From the NCBI GenBank assembly GCA_030390025.1, contig CM059431.1, positions 146,384,001 through 146,448,000 of the forward strand: a stretch of 64,000 nt of DNA, written 5' to 3'. The notes below the pieces were generated by a model that made no database searches, was not told where the DNA came from, and saw only the letters and a list, made by a program, of their open reading frames with translations. This DNA is from Squalus acanthias (Eukaryota). Position 1 is the first letter of the stretch, and every line of letters starts with the position of its first letter. The translations under genes were made by a program, and so were the position numbers. Positions 1 through 12,974 of this stretch are shown piece by piece.

Positions 1-140
1 CCTTGACTTGCTCGGCCACCTCTTCCCACTGTCGATGGAGTTCATGACTGGAGGGTTTTTTGCACATTAGGGGACAGAGCATGTCCCTCCTCTTGTCCAC
101 TGCCACTACCAGGGCCTCTAGGGCATTAAGAGGCACGATC

Positions 141-790
141 TAAGAACATAATAATTAGGAGCAGGAGTAGGCCATTTGGATCTTCGAGCCTGTTCCGCCA
201 CTCAATAAGATCATGACTGATCTTCTATCTCATCTCCACTTTCCTGAACTATCCCCATATCCCTTGATTCCCTTAATATCCAAAAATCTTTCGATCTCTG
301 TCTGGAATATACTCAACGACTGAGCATCCACAGCCTTCCAGGTTAGAGAATTCCAAAGATTCACCAACCTCTGAGTGAAGATATTTCTCCTCATCTCAGT
401 CCTAAAGGGCCGACTCTGACCCCCTGCTTCTAGACTCCCCAGCCAGGGGAAACATCCTCCCTGCATCTACCCTGTCAAGCCCTGTAAGAATTGTGTATGT
501 TTCAATGAGATCATCTCTCATTCTTCTAAACTCTAGAGAATATAAGCCTAGTCTACTTAATCTCTCCACATAGGAAAGTCCCCCAATCCCAGGAGCAGTC
601 TGGTGAACCATCGTTGTACTCCCTCTATGGCAAGTATATCCTTCGTTAGGTGAGGAGACCAAAATTGTACAGAATACTCCAGGTGTGGTCTCACCAGGGC
701 CCTACATAATTGCAGGAGGGCATATTTACAATTATACTCAAATCCTCTTGTAATAAAGGCCAACATATCATTTGCTTTCCGAATTGTTTG
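141..790 (-). mobile_element. CR1 LINE 3' fragment
   Basis: RT C-terminal peptides (LVRPHLEY, EGVQRWFTR, LYSLEFRRMR) and CR1 3' UTR. Confidence 0.9.
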
Positions 791-2702
791 CTGTTCTCTG
801 TAGCTCCAGCAGCCATGTGACCAATTCACCATTGTCTCCCTATTGTCTGTACCCGGAGAGAAACTTTACAAAGTGTTGGTTACGTTATAAGTCGCGTCAG
901 GGAGGTCCGATATCTAGCATCCACCCCCGGCCAAAAGAAAGCACAGGCGCTTAGCCAGTGAATAACACGGGTAGCGCTAACTGTACCACTGGCTCATTAC
1001 AATCAGAACAAATCATACCTGCTGCCTTAGTCAACGCGAAGAGTCATCTGCAGTGCACGCTCAGTTCACTGCACGGCCGTTTTCAGGCCCGATCAAATTC
1101 TAGGCCATGCAGTCTGTATGTGCAACACCACTCAAACACTGCTAGTATTTTCTGAAACAAAAGTACAGCAGGAACATTCTGAGAAACAGAATATATCCAC
1201 TTGACCCAAACAAGTCTGTCTCTGTAACAGTGAAGATCTCACCTGCCCATCTGTTCAGTGTCTCCACAAATACATCAAATTGTCTCTCGGTCCCATTTAC
1301 AGTGCCCCAAATGCCCTTCCCTGGTATCTTGATCCCCTATTCTTTTACGCTTCAAGTAGCCTGGACGACCACGTGTGCAGGAAGTGTCACCAGCTACGGC
1401 AGCTCGAGATCCGTGTTTCAGAGCTTGATCGGCAGCTGGAGTCACTGCGGTGCATCCGCGAGGCACAGAGTTACGTGGATAGCACATTTCTGGAGATTGT
1501 CACCCCGCAGCTTAAGAGTGTGCAGGCAGAGAGGGAATGGGACCACCAGACAGAAGAGGAGAACCAAGCAGGTAGTGCAGGAGTCCCCAGAGTGCATCTC
1601 GCTCTCCAAACAGTATTCTGTTCTGAGTACTGGTGAGGGCTATGGTCCGTCTGGGGAATTCAGCCAGAGTCAAGTGTAAGTCATCACTGGTGCTTCAGCT
1701 GCACGGAGAGAGTGGAGGGGGGAGGAAAAAGAATGGAAGACCAATAGTGGTAGGGGATTTGATAGTTAGGGGAGCAGACAGGCGTTTCTGCGACCGTAGA
1801 CATGACTTGAGGATGGTATGTTGCCTCCCTGGTGCCAACATCAAGGATGTCACTGAGCGGCTGCAGTACACTCTGAGGGAGGAGGGTGAACAGCCAGAGA
1901 TCGTTGTCCATACTGGTACCAACAACAGAGTCAGGGAGAGGGATGAGGTCCTTGGGAAGAGTTTAGGGAGCTAGGAGAGATATTAAAAAGCAGGACCTCA
2001 AAGTGAGTACAGGAATAGAAGGACAGAACAGATTAATGCGTGGCTGGAGATGTGGTGCTGGAGGGAGAGCGTTACATTCCTGAGGCATTGGGATCGTTTC
2101 TGGGGAAGGTGGGACCTGTACAAGACGAACGGGTTAAACTTCATGGGCACCAGCACTAGCATATAGGAGTAGAAAAGAGGAAAAATGTGCATGAAAGAGT
2201 GAGAGTGTTGCATAGTACTAGAGAAGAAAGTAGTACTAGAGGCGGAAGTAGTATCATATTAGATAGGAGCAGACTAAGAAAGACTACGAAAAATTCAGAA
2301 ATGGGTTGAGAATGCATGTACGCAAACAAACAAATTGTGGTGAATAAGTTTTGTGAGCTACAAGCACAATTCGCCATGTGGCAATATGATGTTGTGGTAA
2401 TTCCGGAAACTTGGCATAAAAACGGTGAGGTATAGGCACTTAATATTCAAGGGTACCAGGTGTTCATAAAAGATAGGGAAGGAAAAAAGGGAGGTGCGGT
2501 GTCAGTGCTGATTAAGGAAGACATTGTAGTGGAAAGGGAGGATGTTGTTGAGGGGACAAGGACAGAATTCATTTGTTTATAGTTGAGCATCAAAAAGGGT
2601 ATAATCACGCTATTGGGGGTGTTTTATAACTCTCCAAATAGTGAGAGAGAAAAATGAGAAGTCGCACAACACCAGGTTATAGTCCAACAGATTTATTTAA
2701 TT

Positions 2703-2740
2703 TTACAAGCTTTCGGAGCTGTCGCTCCTTCCTCAGGTAT
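2703..2740 (-). ncRNA. Minimal hammerhead ribozyme motif (mirror copy)
   Basis: Reverse-complement copy of 4580-4617 with one stem I difference. Confidence 0.7.
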
Positions 2741-4579
2741 GTTAGCAGTGAGAGAATCTTCCAGAATTCACAATTTAAACACAGACAAAATCTATTCAAA
2801 TATTTCCCTACATCAAAGACACACTAAGAGACAATGAGATGTGTCCCAGGGGGTCCAACGTGTCAAACCACCTGCTGGCTGCATATCCTGTCAATTTGTG
2901 TTGGTTCTTGTGCTAGTCTTTTAAAAAAAACACACCTGGGAAGACCGGCCATGATGTCAAGTCACGTTCTGTATCGTGACATGAACCCGATATCGCGATT
3001 GAGGCCATCCTCATGAGTGCGGAACTTGGCTATCAGTTTCTTCTCTATGATTTTGCGCTGTCGTGTATCCCGAAGGCCGCCCTGGAGAACGCTTACCCGC
3101 AGATCCGAGGCTGAATGCCCCTGGCTGCTGAAGTGTTCACCAACTGGGAGGGAACTCTCCTGCCTGGCGATTGTTGCGCGGTGTCCGTTCATACGTTGTC
3201 TCAGTGTCTGCATGGTCTCGCCGATGTACCATGCTCTGGAGCATCCTTTACTGCAACGTATCAGGTAGACAACGTTGGCCGAGTCACATGAGTATGTACC
3301 GTGTACCTGGTGGGTAGTGTCCTCACGTGTGATGATGGTATCTGTGTCCATGATTTGGCATGTCTTGCAGAGGTTGCCATGGCAGGGTTGTGTGGTGTCT
3401 TGGTTGCTGTTCTCCTGAAAGATGGGTAATCTGCTGCGAACGATGGTACTTTTGAGGTTAGGTGGCTGCTTGAAGGCGAGTAGTGGAGGCGTGGGGATGG
3501 CCTTAGCAAGGTGTTCGTCGTCATCGATGACATGTTGAAGGCTGCGAAGAACATGGCATAGTTTTTCTGCTCCGGGGAAGTACTGGACGACGTAGGGTAC
3601 TCTGTTGGTTGTGTCCCGTGTTCGTCTTCTGAGGAGGTCTATGCGGTTTTTCGCTGTGGCCACAGCGAAAAACCGCATAGACCTCCTCAGAAGACGAACA
3701 CGGGACACAACCAACAGAGTACCCTACGTCGTCCAGTACTTCCCCGGAGCGGAAAAACTACGCCATGTTCTTCGCAGCCTTCAACATGTCATCGATGACG
3801 ACGAACACCTTGCTAAGGCCATCCCCACGCCTCCACTACTCGCCTTCAAGCAGCCGCCTAACCTCAAAAGTACCATCGTTCGCAGCAGATTACCCATCTT
3901 TCAGGAGAACAGCAACCAAGACACCACACAACCCTGCCACGGCAACCTCTGCAAGACATGCCAAATCATGGACACAGATACCATCGTCACACGTGAGGAC
4001 ACTACCCACCAGGTACACGGTACATACTCATGTGACTCGGCCAACGTTGTCTACCTGATACGTTGCAGTAAAGGATGCTCCAGAGCATGGTACATCGGCG
4101 AGACCATGCAGACACTGAGACAACGTATGAACGGACACCACGCAACAATCGCCAGGCAGGAGGGTTCCCTCCCAGTCGGGGAACACTTCAGCAGCCAGTG
4201 GCATTCAGCCTCGGATCTGCGGGTAAGCGTTCTCCAGGGCGGCCTTCGGGATACACGACAGCGCAAAATCATAGAGCAGAAACTGATAGCCAAGTTCCGC
4301 ACTCATGAGGATGGCCTCAATCGCGATATCGGGTTCATGTCACGATACAGAACGTGACTTGACATCATGGCCGGTCTTCCCAGGTGTTTTTTTTTTAAAA
4401 AGACTAGCTCAAGAACCAACACAAATTGACAGGATATGCAGCCAGCAGGTGGTTTGACACGTTGGACCCCCTGGGACACATCTCATTGTCTCTTAGTGTG
4501 TCTTTGATGTAGGGAAATATTTGAATACATTTTGTCTGTGTTTAAATTGTGAATTCTGGGAGATTCTCTCACTGCTAAC

Positions 4580-4617
4580 TTACCTGAGGAAGGAGCGACA
4601 GCTCCGAAAGCTTGTAA
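4580..4617 (+). ncRNA. Minimal type-I hammerhead ribozyme motif in the Penelope tail
   Basis: TTAC-CTGAGGA-A-GGAGC(gaca)GCTCC-GAA-AGCT-T-GTAA. Confidence 0.75.
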
Positions 4618-7238
4618 AATTAAATAAATCTGTTGGACTATAACCTGGTGTTGTGCGACTTCTCATTTTTGTCCACCCCAGTCCAACGCCGGCATCTCCA
4701 CATAGTGAGAGAGAGGTAGAGGAGCAAATCTGCAGGGCCATCGCAGAGATATGCAAGAGCTATAGAGTGGTGATATTGCGGGAATTTAATTATCCAAATA
4801 TCGATTGGGATAATGCTAGGGTAAAGGGAATGGAGGGGGAGGAATTTCTGAAATGTGTTCAGGAGAATTTCCTTGACCAATATGTTCTTGGCCCAACTAG
4901 GAAGGAGGCATTGCTGGATCTGCTGCTGGGGAATGAGGTGGGCCAGGTCGACCAAGTGTCTGTGGGAGAAAACTTGGTACGAGTGATCATCGGATCATGT
5001 GTTTTATATTAGCAATAGAGAGGAGCAAGGAACAATCTAGAGTGGAACTTCCAAACTGCAATAGGGCCAAATTCAATGCGATGTGAAATGATCTAGCCAG
5101 AGTAAAATGGAATCAAAGACTGCCAGGAAAAACTGTAACGGAGCAATGGGTGATCTTTAAGGAGGAGATGTTCCAAGTACAGGCTAGGTACATTCCAAGA
5201 AGAGGGAAGGCTAAGGGAAACGAAGCAAGGACTCCTCCCTTGAATGACAATGGAGATAGACAAGATGAAGAAACAATAACGAGGGTGAATGGCGCAAGTC
5301 AGGTGAATTCTTCAAGGGAGAACCAGACCAAATACAGTAACTTGAGAGGGGAAGTGAAGATGAAAATCAGATTGGCAAAGAGAGCATATATGAGAGTAGA
5401 ATGGCGGTTAACATTATAGGGAACCCAACAATCTTCTACCGTCATGTAAACAGTAAGCAGGTAGTAAAAGGCGAGGTGGGGCCTAATAGCGACAAAGAAG
5501 ACGTTATATGCTTTGAGACCCAGGGCAAGGCTAGAATTCTCAATGAGTACTTTGCATCGGTGTTTACTAAGGAGGTGGATGCTGACAAAATAACGGTAGG
5601 AGTGGAAAAGTTAGAAGCAATGGAAGGGTTTAAAATTGATACACAGGATGTAGTAGAATGGCTGGGTATGCTTAGAGTGGATAGGTCGCCAGGTCCAGGT
5701 GGCTTGCATCCCAGGTTGCTAAGGGAATTTGGGGAGGAGATAGTGGAAGTGCTTGCCATAATTTTCCCATCTTCCCTAGATGCGGGGGAGGTGACTGAGG
5801 ATTGGAAAGTGGCAAATGTGATACCATTGTTCAAGAAAGGTTTACGGACAAACCTAGTAACTACAGGCAGGTCATTACATGGGTAAAGTTTTAGAAACAA
5901 TAATCAAGCAAAAAAATAATGGGCACTTGGAGAGGTTTAAGCTAATTAAGGAGAGCCATCACGGATTTGTGAAAGGTTGATCATTTTTGACTAAACTAAT
6001 TGAATTTTTTGATGAAGTGACAGGGAGGATTGATGAAGGGAATGGATTGGATGCTGTCTACATGGATTTTAGGAAGGCGTTTGACAAAGTATCACATAGA
6101 AGGCTGGTTATAAAAATTGAGGCTCATGGAAAAGGTGGGTCCGTGGCAGCATGGATAAGGAATTGTCTTAAGGACAGAAAACAGCGAGTTGTGGTAAATG
6201 GCTGTTTTTCAGACTGGAGGATGGTAGCCAGTGGTGTTCCCTAAGTATCAGTGCTGGGGCCACTGCTTTATATATATATATAAATGAGCTGGATATTTGA
6301 ATACAAAGTAGAATTTCTAAATTTGCTGATGACACCAAAATTGGGGCAGGGGGTTGGCAAACGGTCAGGATGATACCAATCGACTGCATCAGGATATAGA
6401 AAGGCTAGCCGAATAGGCAGACAAGTGACAGATGGAATTAATACAGAATAGTGTGAGATGATGCATTTTGGCAGAAGGAATAGGGAGAGGCAATGTAAAC
6501 TTAATGGCGCAGTTTTAAAGAGTGTGCAGGGACAGAGGGCCCTAGGAATGAATGTGCATAGGTCCCTGAACGTGGCGGGACATACTGAGAGAGTGGTTAA
6601 CAAAGCATATGTTATCTTGGGTTTCATAAATAGAGATATTGAGTACACAAGTAGAAAAGAAATGCTAAATCTTTTTAAAGCGCTGGTTAGGCCACAACTG
6701 GAGTATTCTGCCCAGTTCTGGTCAACACACTGTGGAAGAATGTGAATACCCTTGAGAGGGTGCAAAGGAGATTTACCAGAATGGTTCCGTGGATCGGGGA
6801 TCTTAGCTCAAGGACAGGTTCGAGAAGCTGGATTTGTTTTCATTAGAGCAAATGAGGTTGTGGACCGATTTGATCGAGGTGTATAGATTATGACGGGTTT
6901 GGATAGGCTAGACGGGGAAAGGCTGTTTGATGGTATACGGAATAGGAGACACAGATTTAAGGTTTTGGGCAAGAGTCAAAAGGGGGGAAGTGAGGAAAAA
7001 CCTTTTTACACAGCGAGTGGTGAGGACCTGGAACTCGCTGCCGACGGAAGAGGTGGAAGCGACACACTCATTGTTTTCAAAAGAGACTGGATTAGCACTT
7101 GAGGGAAATAAACTTGCCAGGCTACGGGGATAGAGCGGGGGAATGGGACTGACTCGATTGCTCTGCAGAGAGCCGGCACGGACTCGATGGGACGAATGGC
7201 CTCCTGCTGTGCCGTTATGACTCTATGACTATGACTCA

Positions 7239-8343
7239 TTCAATCGTAGCAAAATAATCGAATCTCCTGCACTTTCTCCTCTAACCGCTCTCGCACTTTT
7301 ACCTCTGGTATCCCCCAGGGATATATCCTTGGCCCCCTCCTATTTATGATCTACATTCTGCCCCTTGGCGACATCATCCGACAACACAATGTCAGATTCC
7401 ACTGAAGAGACTCAGCTCTACCTCATCACCATCTCTCTCAGGCCCTGCACTGTCTGATGCGTCACGCAGCTTGTCCGACATCCAGTACTGGCTGAGCAAA
7501 CACTTCCTCCTGTTCAATATTGGGCAGACCAAAGCCATTATCTTTGGTCACGGCCACAAATTCCATTCCCGAGCCACGGACTCCATCCCGCTCCCGGCAA
7601 CTGTGTGAGTCTGAACCAGACTGTTTGTAACCAATGCATCCTATTAGATCCTGAGCTGACCTTTCGCTCCCATACACACTCCATCAACAAGACCATCTAC
7701 TTCCACCTCCGTAACATTCTGTGTCTGTACCCCTGCCTCATCCCACCTAATGCTGAAATCCTCATCTATGCCTTTGTAATCTCCAGTCTCAATTATTCCA
7801 ACACGCTAAGGCTTGTCAAACAAACACGTTCCAGCCTCTGTAAATTTGAGCTTATCCAAAACTCTGCTGTACCTCTCGGAACTCGCACCGAGTCCCGTTC
7901 ACCCTCAGCCATGGGCTCGCTGACCTATTTTTTCTCCCGGTCTGGCAGAGCCCTGATTTTGAAATTATCATCCTTGTTTTCAATCCCTCCATGACCTCAC
8001 CCATCTTTATCTCTGCAATCTGCTCCAGGCCTACAACCCTCCGAGATCTCTGCAATCCTCAATTTTGAACTTTGTGCATCCCTAATTTTCACTCCTCCAC
8101 TTTTGGCGGCTGTGTTCTCAGCAGCCTCGACCTGAACTCTGGAATTCCCTCTCCAACCCTATCCGCCTCTACTTATCGCCTTTTCACTCATAAAAGTCTA
8201 CCTCTTTGACTAAGCATTTGGTCACCCGTTCTAATATCTCTTTATTTCGCTCGGTGTTTCATTTTATCTGATTACGCTCCTGCAAAGCCTCTTGGGACGT
8301 TTGTATTAAGTTAAAGGTGCTATGTCAATTCAAGTTGTTGTTG
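7239..8343 (+). mobile_element. L2-clade LINE 3' fragment
   Basis: [25 protein letters not shown] RT sequence; ends ...caagttgttgttg. Confidence 0.75.
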
Positions 8344-8363
8344 CTAATCCCCTTTTTACCTTC

Positions 8364-8938
8364 TGTTGTGGCGAAATATATTTAATTAATTTCACACACT
8401 AATCTGTGAATAGTAAAAGCCATTCAGGTTTATTGATAAATCAAAGTTCACATAGCAGCATCAGATAATCAACTATCGATAACACACAAACTATGCACGG
8501 AGATACCTAAAGGCTTAGAGCTCCTGTAGCTCGTGCCTGGCTGACTCCCCGAACGCTTACAGCTTTCAGTGTTTATGCCTGCAAACCACAATGATTAATA
8601 CTTTCGCGTGACATCATTTGTTTCGCATCGCTTATTCTTATTCTATTATCAGCGGTTTATACAATAGCAGTCTGGGTTGAGGTCGAACCGTCAGGTGCCC
8701 ACCCTGTGACTTCCCTATTTCCCAACGGCTAGTATCAGCTAAGCGCGTCCCTTTGACCTGTTACTGTCAAGTTGCGCTGTCTCGGCACATCTCCTTTCTA
8801 TCTTTGTCTGGTTGTGTGCTGAGCCAGATGCAACGCTTTATCTTTAGCTCACTGTTGTCAGGCAGAAGTGCCTTGACTACTTATTCTTACCTATAGTGCT
8901 ATGCTTCTACTAAGTGTGATTTCTAAAACTCCACTTCA
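8364..8938 (-). mobile_element. Solo LTR (575 bp)
   Basis: TGTTGTGG...CCACTTCA termini; 5-bp TSD CCTTC at 8359-8363 and 8939-8943; absent from copy B; strand inferred from a minus-strand AATAAA near 8430. Confidence 0.85.
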
Positions 8939-9037
8939 CCTTCACAATAATATTTACATTTCCCTGTGACATGTTAACCGGAAATGTATAGAATTTCCCA
9001 AGAGCTCACCCAAGTGCTGATCAAATAATTGGGGAAC

Positions 9038-9447
9038 ATCAGTATATTGTGAACCTGTCCCTCTCTCAGTGCTGCCCAATCAATATATTGTGAACCTGTC
9101 CCTCTCTCAGTGCTGCCCAATCAGTACATTGTGAGCCTGTCCCTCTCTCAGTGCTGCCCAATCAGTACATTGTGAGCCAGTCCCTCTCTCAGTGCTGCCC
9201 AATCAGTACATTGTGAGCCTGTCACTCTCTCAGTGCTGCCCAATCAGTACATTGTGAGCCTGTCCCTCTCTCAGTGCTGCCCAATCAGTACATTGTGAGC
9301 CAGTCCCTCACTCAGTGCTGCCCAATCAGTACATTGTGAGACTGTCTATCTCTCAGTGCTGCCCAATCAGTACATTGTGAGCCTGTCCCTCTCTCAGTGC
9401 TGCCCAATCAGTACATTGTGAGTCTGTCACGCTCTCAGTGCTGCCCA
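9038..9447 (+). repeat. 41-bp minisatellite, 10 copies
   Basis: Unit atcagtacattgtgagcctgtccctctctcagtgctgccca. Confidence 0.95.
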
Positions 9448-9460
9448 ATTCCGGATTTGC

Positions 9461-9660
9461 NNNNNNNNNNNNNNNNNNNNNNNNNNNNNNNNNNNNNNNN
9501 NNNNNNNNNNNNNNNNNNNNNNNNNNNNNNNNNNNNNNNNNNNNNNNNNNNNNNNNNNNNNNNNNNNNNNNNNNNNNNNNNNNNNNNNNNNNNNNNNNNN
9601 NNNNNNNNNNNNNNNNNNNNNNNNNNNNNNNNNNNNNNNNNNNNNNNNNNNNNNNNNNNN
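9461..9660. other. Assembly gap (200 N)
   Basis: Run of N. Confidence 1.
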
Positions 9661-11102
9661 GCTCGTTTCCCTATCCTGCTGCTCCTATGAGGTATTTCCC
9701 CAGTGGCTGCAGCTTGTGAGCTGGAACGCTGCTGAATGACCATTGTGGAGACGTCAGATGGCTGTGGTTGGTGACCTCGAGCAGCTCTGTGCCTAGAATG
9801 CCCGGCTGCAGACTGTGGCATCTTGATGTGTGGCTGTGTGGCACTAACAGGAGCACTGGTGGACTGGCTGCTGGAGGGGCAGACATGCTGTCCTCCTGAG
9901 AGAGGACAGCAGGTGCTTCTCCCATGGAGCCAAGGCCATCCTCCTGGGACTGTGCCTCAGCACTTCTAGCAGCAATGAGAGATGCCACGGAAGATGCCAG
10001 CAGAAGCTCCATCATGGTGGGCGCCACTGGTGTGCTGATGGAGCTGATCACTCAGCCCATATTGCACAGAGTGGGCTCCAGGCCTGCGCAAAGCCTTGAC
10101 ACACTTTGGAGCTGGACACCTCCATGCTCTGCAACATTGTACAAAAGCTCACTGGCAGGCTGCCCAGTGCACCCAGCATTTCCTGTATATGTGCATCAGC
10201 TTTCTTCGGTAGGCGGGCTCCTCAAAGTCAGTATCTGAGTCCACTGCAGCAAAGCTGGAATGCGATCTCTCCCTCCAGTGAGCACGTGCCCAATCCTCCA
10301 TCCCCATCTCCTGCATATTCACCATGTGAGGACCCCTTATCTAGCCCAGCCTCTAAAGTACATGTGGTGCCAGTATCTGAGCTGCTGCTTGCGGTGGTTA
10401 GCTCGAGAATGTTACATCTCCAGGAAGACTGGCTTCCTCTTCCTCTACTGACAGAAGGATGTCAACATCTTCAGCAGCTGAACTGAAAGAGACGGCCAAT
10501 TGTTATCTTTTAGTTTAAAATTGGAACAGAGAGAGGGAGAGGTTTCTGGTGAAAGCATCTGGAGTTTGTCGTGCACAGTGTCGGTGAAATAGAAGTAAGA
10601 AGCGAAAAATAGGAGAAGGTGTGAAAATCTGCAATGTTCCCTCCAGTGATGCCAGTCGCCACGGACATGGCTCTGTCCCTGCCGGTGATGGTCAGTACAT
10701 ATTCTCTGCGGGGGGAGAGTGTGTGCAGACAGGCTCGGCATCTTCTGGTGACAGCTTCCTGTCTCAAGTCCACTTCAACCTCCGCAAGACAGAAGAGAAT
10801 GTGTTCGTAACACTCTTGTGAGGTGTTTGAAAATGCACATGTCATGGTAGAAAAGCTGGTATGCAGCGTGTGAGATGTTAGATTTGGGGTGTGTGACTTT
10901 GAGGGGAAGAATATATAGTGAAGTGTGGTGTCGTGTTTGTAGGGGGGTGAAGAGAAGTGGGTGGGGCAGTATTAGGAGTGTAGTGAGGTGTGAGCAGAGA
11001 GTAAGAGAGCGGCGTTCTTACCTTGACGACACCAATGGGGTCATTACGGAACCGCAGCCATATCCTGGGAGCTGAGCCTCCAGCACTGCTAAAATTATCA
11101 GG

Positions 11103-11470
11103 GAGGTGTATAAAATTATGAGGGACTTAGATAGTGTGGATATAAAGCACCTGTTTCGCTAGAAGAGAGGTCAATAACCAGGAGGCAGAGATTTATAGTA
11201 ATTGGTAGAAGGATTAGAGGGAAGTTGAGTACTTTTTTCACCCAGAGGGTGCTGGGGGTCTGGAACTCACTGCCTGAGAGGGTAGAAGAGGCAGAAACCC
11301 TCATTGCATTTAAAAAGTACTTGGATGTGCACTTAAGGTGCCATGAACTGCAAGGCTACGGACCAAGAGCTGGAAAGTGGGATTAGGCTGGATAGCTCTT
11401 TATCGACCAGCACAGGCACGATGAGTCGAATGGCCTACTTCTGTGCCACAAACTTCTAAGATTCTCTGAT
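11103..11470 (+). mobile_element. CR1 3' fragment
   Basis: EVYKIMRGLD, FFTQRV..WNSLP, CR1 3' UTR. Confidence 0.85.
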
Positions 11471-11611
11471 TCCTTGACTTGCTCGGCCGCCTCTTCCCAC
11501 TGTTGATGGAGTTGATGACTGGAGGGTTTCTTGCCAACGAGGGGATAGAGCATGTCCCTCCTCTTGTCCACTGCCACTACCAGGACCTCCAGGGCATTAA
11601 CGGGCACGATC

Positions 11612-12275
11612 TAAGAACATAATAAATAGGAGCAGGAGTCGGCCATTTGGTCCTTCGAGCCTTTCTGCCATTCAATAAGATCATGGCTGATCTTCTATCT
11701 CATCTCCACTTTCCTGAACTATCCCCATATCCCTTGATTCCTTTAATATCCACAAATTTTTCGACCTCTGCCTTGAATATACTCAACGACTGAGCCTCCA
11801 CAGCCCTCTGGGGTAGAGAATTCCAAAGATTCACAACCCTCGGAGAAGAAATTCTCCTCATTTCAGTCCTAAATGTCCGACCCCTGATTCTGAGACTATG
11901 ACCCCTGGTTCGAGACTCCCCAGCGAGGGGCAACATCCTCCCTGCATCTACCCTGTCAAGCCCTGAAAGAATTTTGCATGTTTCAATGAGATCACATCTT
12001 ATTCTTGTAAACTCTAGAGAATATAGGCCTAGTCTACTCAATCTCTCCTCATAGGACAATCCCCCCATCCCAGGAGCAGTCTGGTGAACCTTCGTTGCAC
12101 TCCCTCTATGGCAAGTATATCCTTCGTTAGGTGAGGAGAATAAAACTGTACACAGTACTCCAGGTTTGGTCTCACCAGGGCCCTACATAATTGCAGTAAG
12201 ACATCTTTACTCTTATACTCAAATCCTCTTGTAATAAAGGTCAACATACCATTTGCTTTCCTAATTGCTTGCTGT
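11612..12275 (-). mobile_element. CR1 3' fragment (paralog of 141-790)
   Basis: RT C-terminal ORFs 11700-12068 and 12038-12247. Confidence 0.9.
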
Positions 12276-12974
12276 TTTCTGTAGATCTAGCAGACATTTG
12301 ACTAATTCACAATTGTCTCCCTATTGTCTGTACCCGGAGAGTACCTTTACAAGGTGCTGGTTACCTTTTAAGTCGCGTCAGGGAGGCCGGATATCTAGCA
12401 CCCACCCCCGGCCAAAAGAAAACACAGTCGCAAGCCAGTGAATAGCACGGGTAGCGCTAACTGCACCACTGGCTCATTACAATCAGAACAAATAACACCT
12501 GCTGCCTTATTCAACGCTAAGAGGCATGTGCAGTGCACGCTCTGTCACTGCAGGCCCGTTTTCAGGCCCGATCACATTCTAGGCCATATAGTCTGTATGT
12601 GCAACACCACTCAAACATTGTTTAGTATTTTCAGAAACAAAATTACCAGCAGGAACATTGAGAAGCAGATTAAATCCACTTGACCAAAACAAGTCTGTCT
12701 CTGTAACAGTGAAGATCTCACCTGCCCATCTGTTCAGTGTCTCCACAAACACATCTATTTGTCTCTCGGTCCCATTTACACTGCCCCAAATGCCCTTCCC
12801 TGGTAACTTGATCCCCTATTCTATTACCCTTTGGGTGAAATAATTGGAATTCAATTCCATCTGAATCCTTACCTCCTAATTGTAACTTTCTGTTAGTACC
12901 TGATTCTCTTCTCAGTGAGCCTGTTCCTGCAGCAATGATGTTGATTCCATTAAAATCGGAACCCTTCAATTTCA

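Larger units (their letters stand above)
2651..4701. mobile_element. Penelope-like element 3' part (GIY-YIG endonuclease and tail) as a head-to-head palindrome
   Basis: Mirror ORFs 2962-3714(-) and 3605-4357(+) with NVVYLIRC...WYIGET; 13-bp TSD atagtgagagaga at 2638-2650 and 4702-4714. Confidence 0.93.
1349..7238 (+). mobile_element. Near full-length decayed CR1 LINE (ORF1 Zn finger/esterase, ORF2 APE-RT), interrupted by a Penelope insertion
   Basis: ORF1 CRKCHQL and VVGDLIVRG...VVHTGTN; ORF2 SPGPGGLHPR and YMDFRKAFDKV; tatgactc tail. Confidence 0.9.
1..9447 (+). repeat. Segmental duplication copy A (continues 5' of the window)
   Basis: Colinear with 11472-18359: Myb fragment, CR1(-), spacer, CR1(+), L2, 41-bp minisatellite. 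Confidence 0.9.
9661..12585 (-). mobile_element. Decayed Harbinger-type DNA transposon (Myb/SANT-like gene remnant) with two nested CR1 fragments; the paralogous end is at 1-1106
   Basis: Minus-strand ALEVLVVAVDKRRDMLYP...QQWEEAAEQVK, resuming past the CR1 as PRIWLR...VVK|gtaag; TIR-like end attctaggcc. Confidence 0.55.

Noticed and set aside
2962..4357. Two 250-aa ORFs as host genes
   Set aside because: They are mirror images within the Penelope palindrome. Their N-terminal residues are antisense read-through across the centre, and both start at non-ATG codons.
9038..9447. Regular 41-bp repeats (and the 49-bp array at 63265-64000) as a CRISPR array
   Set aside because: Units are head-to-tail with no unique spacers, there are no cas genes, and the DNA is vertebrate.
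9397..9821. ORFs spanning the N run
   Set aside because: Artefacts of translating through the assembly gap.
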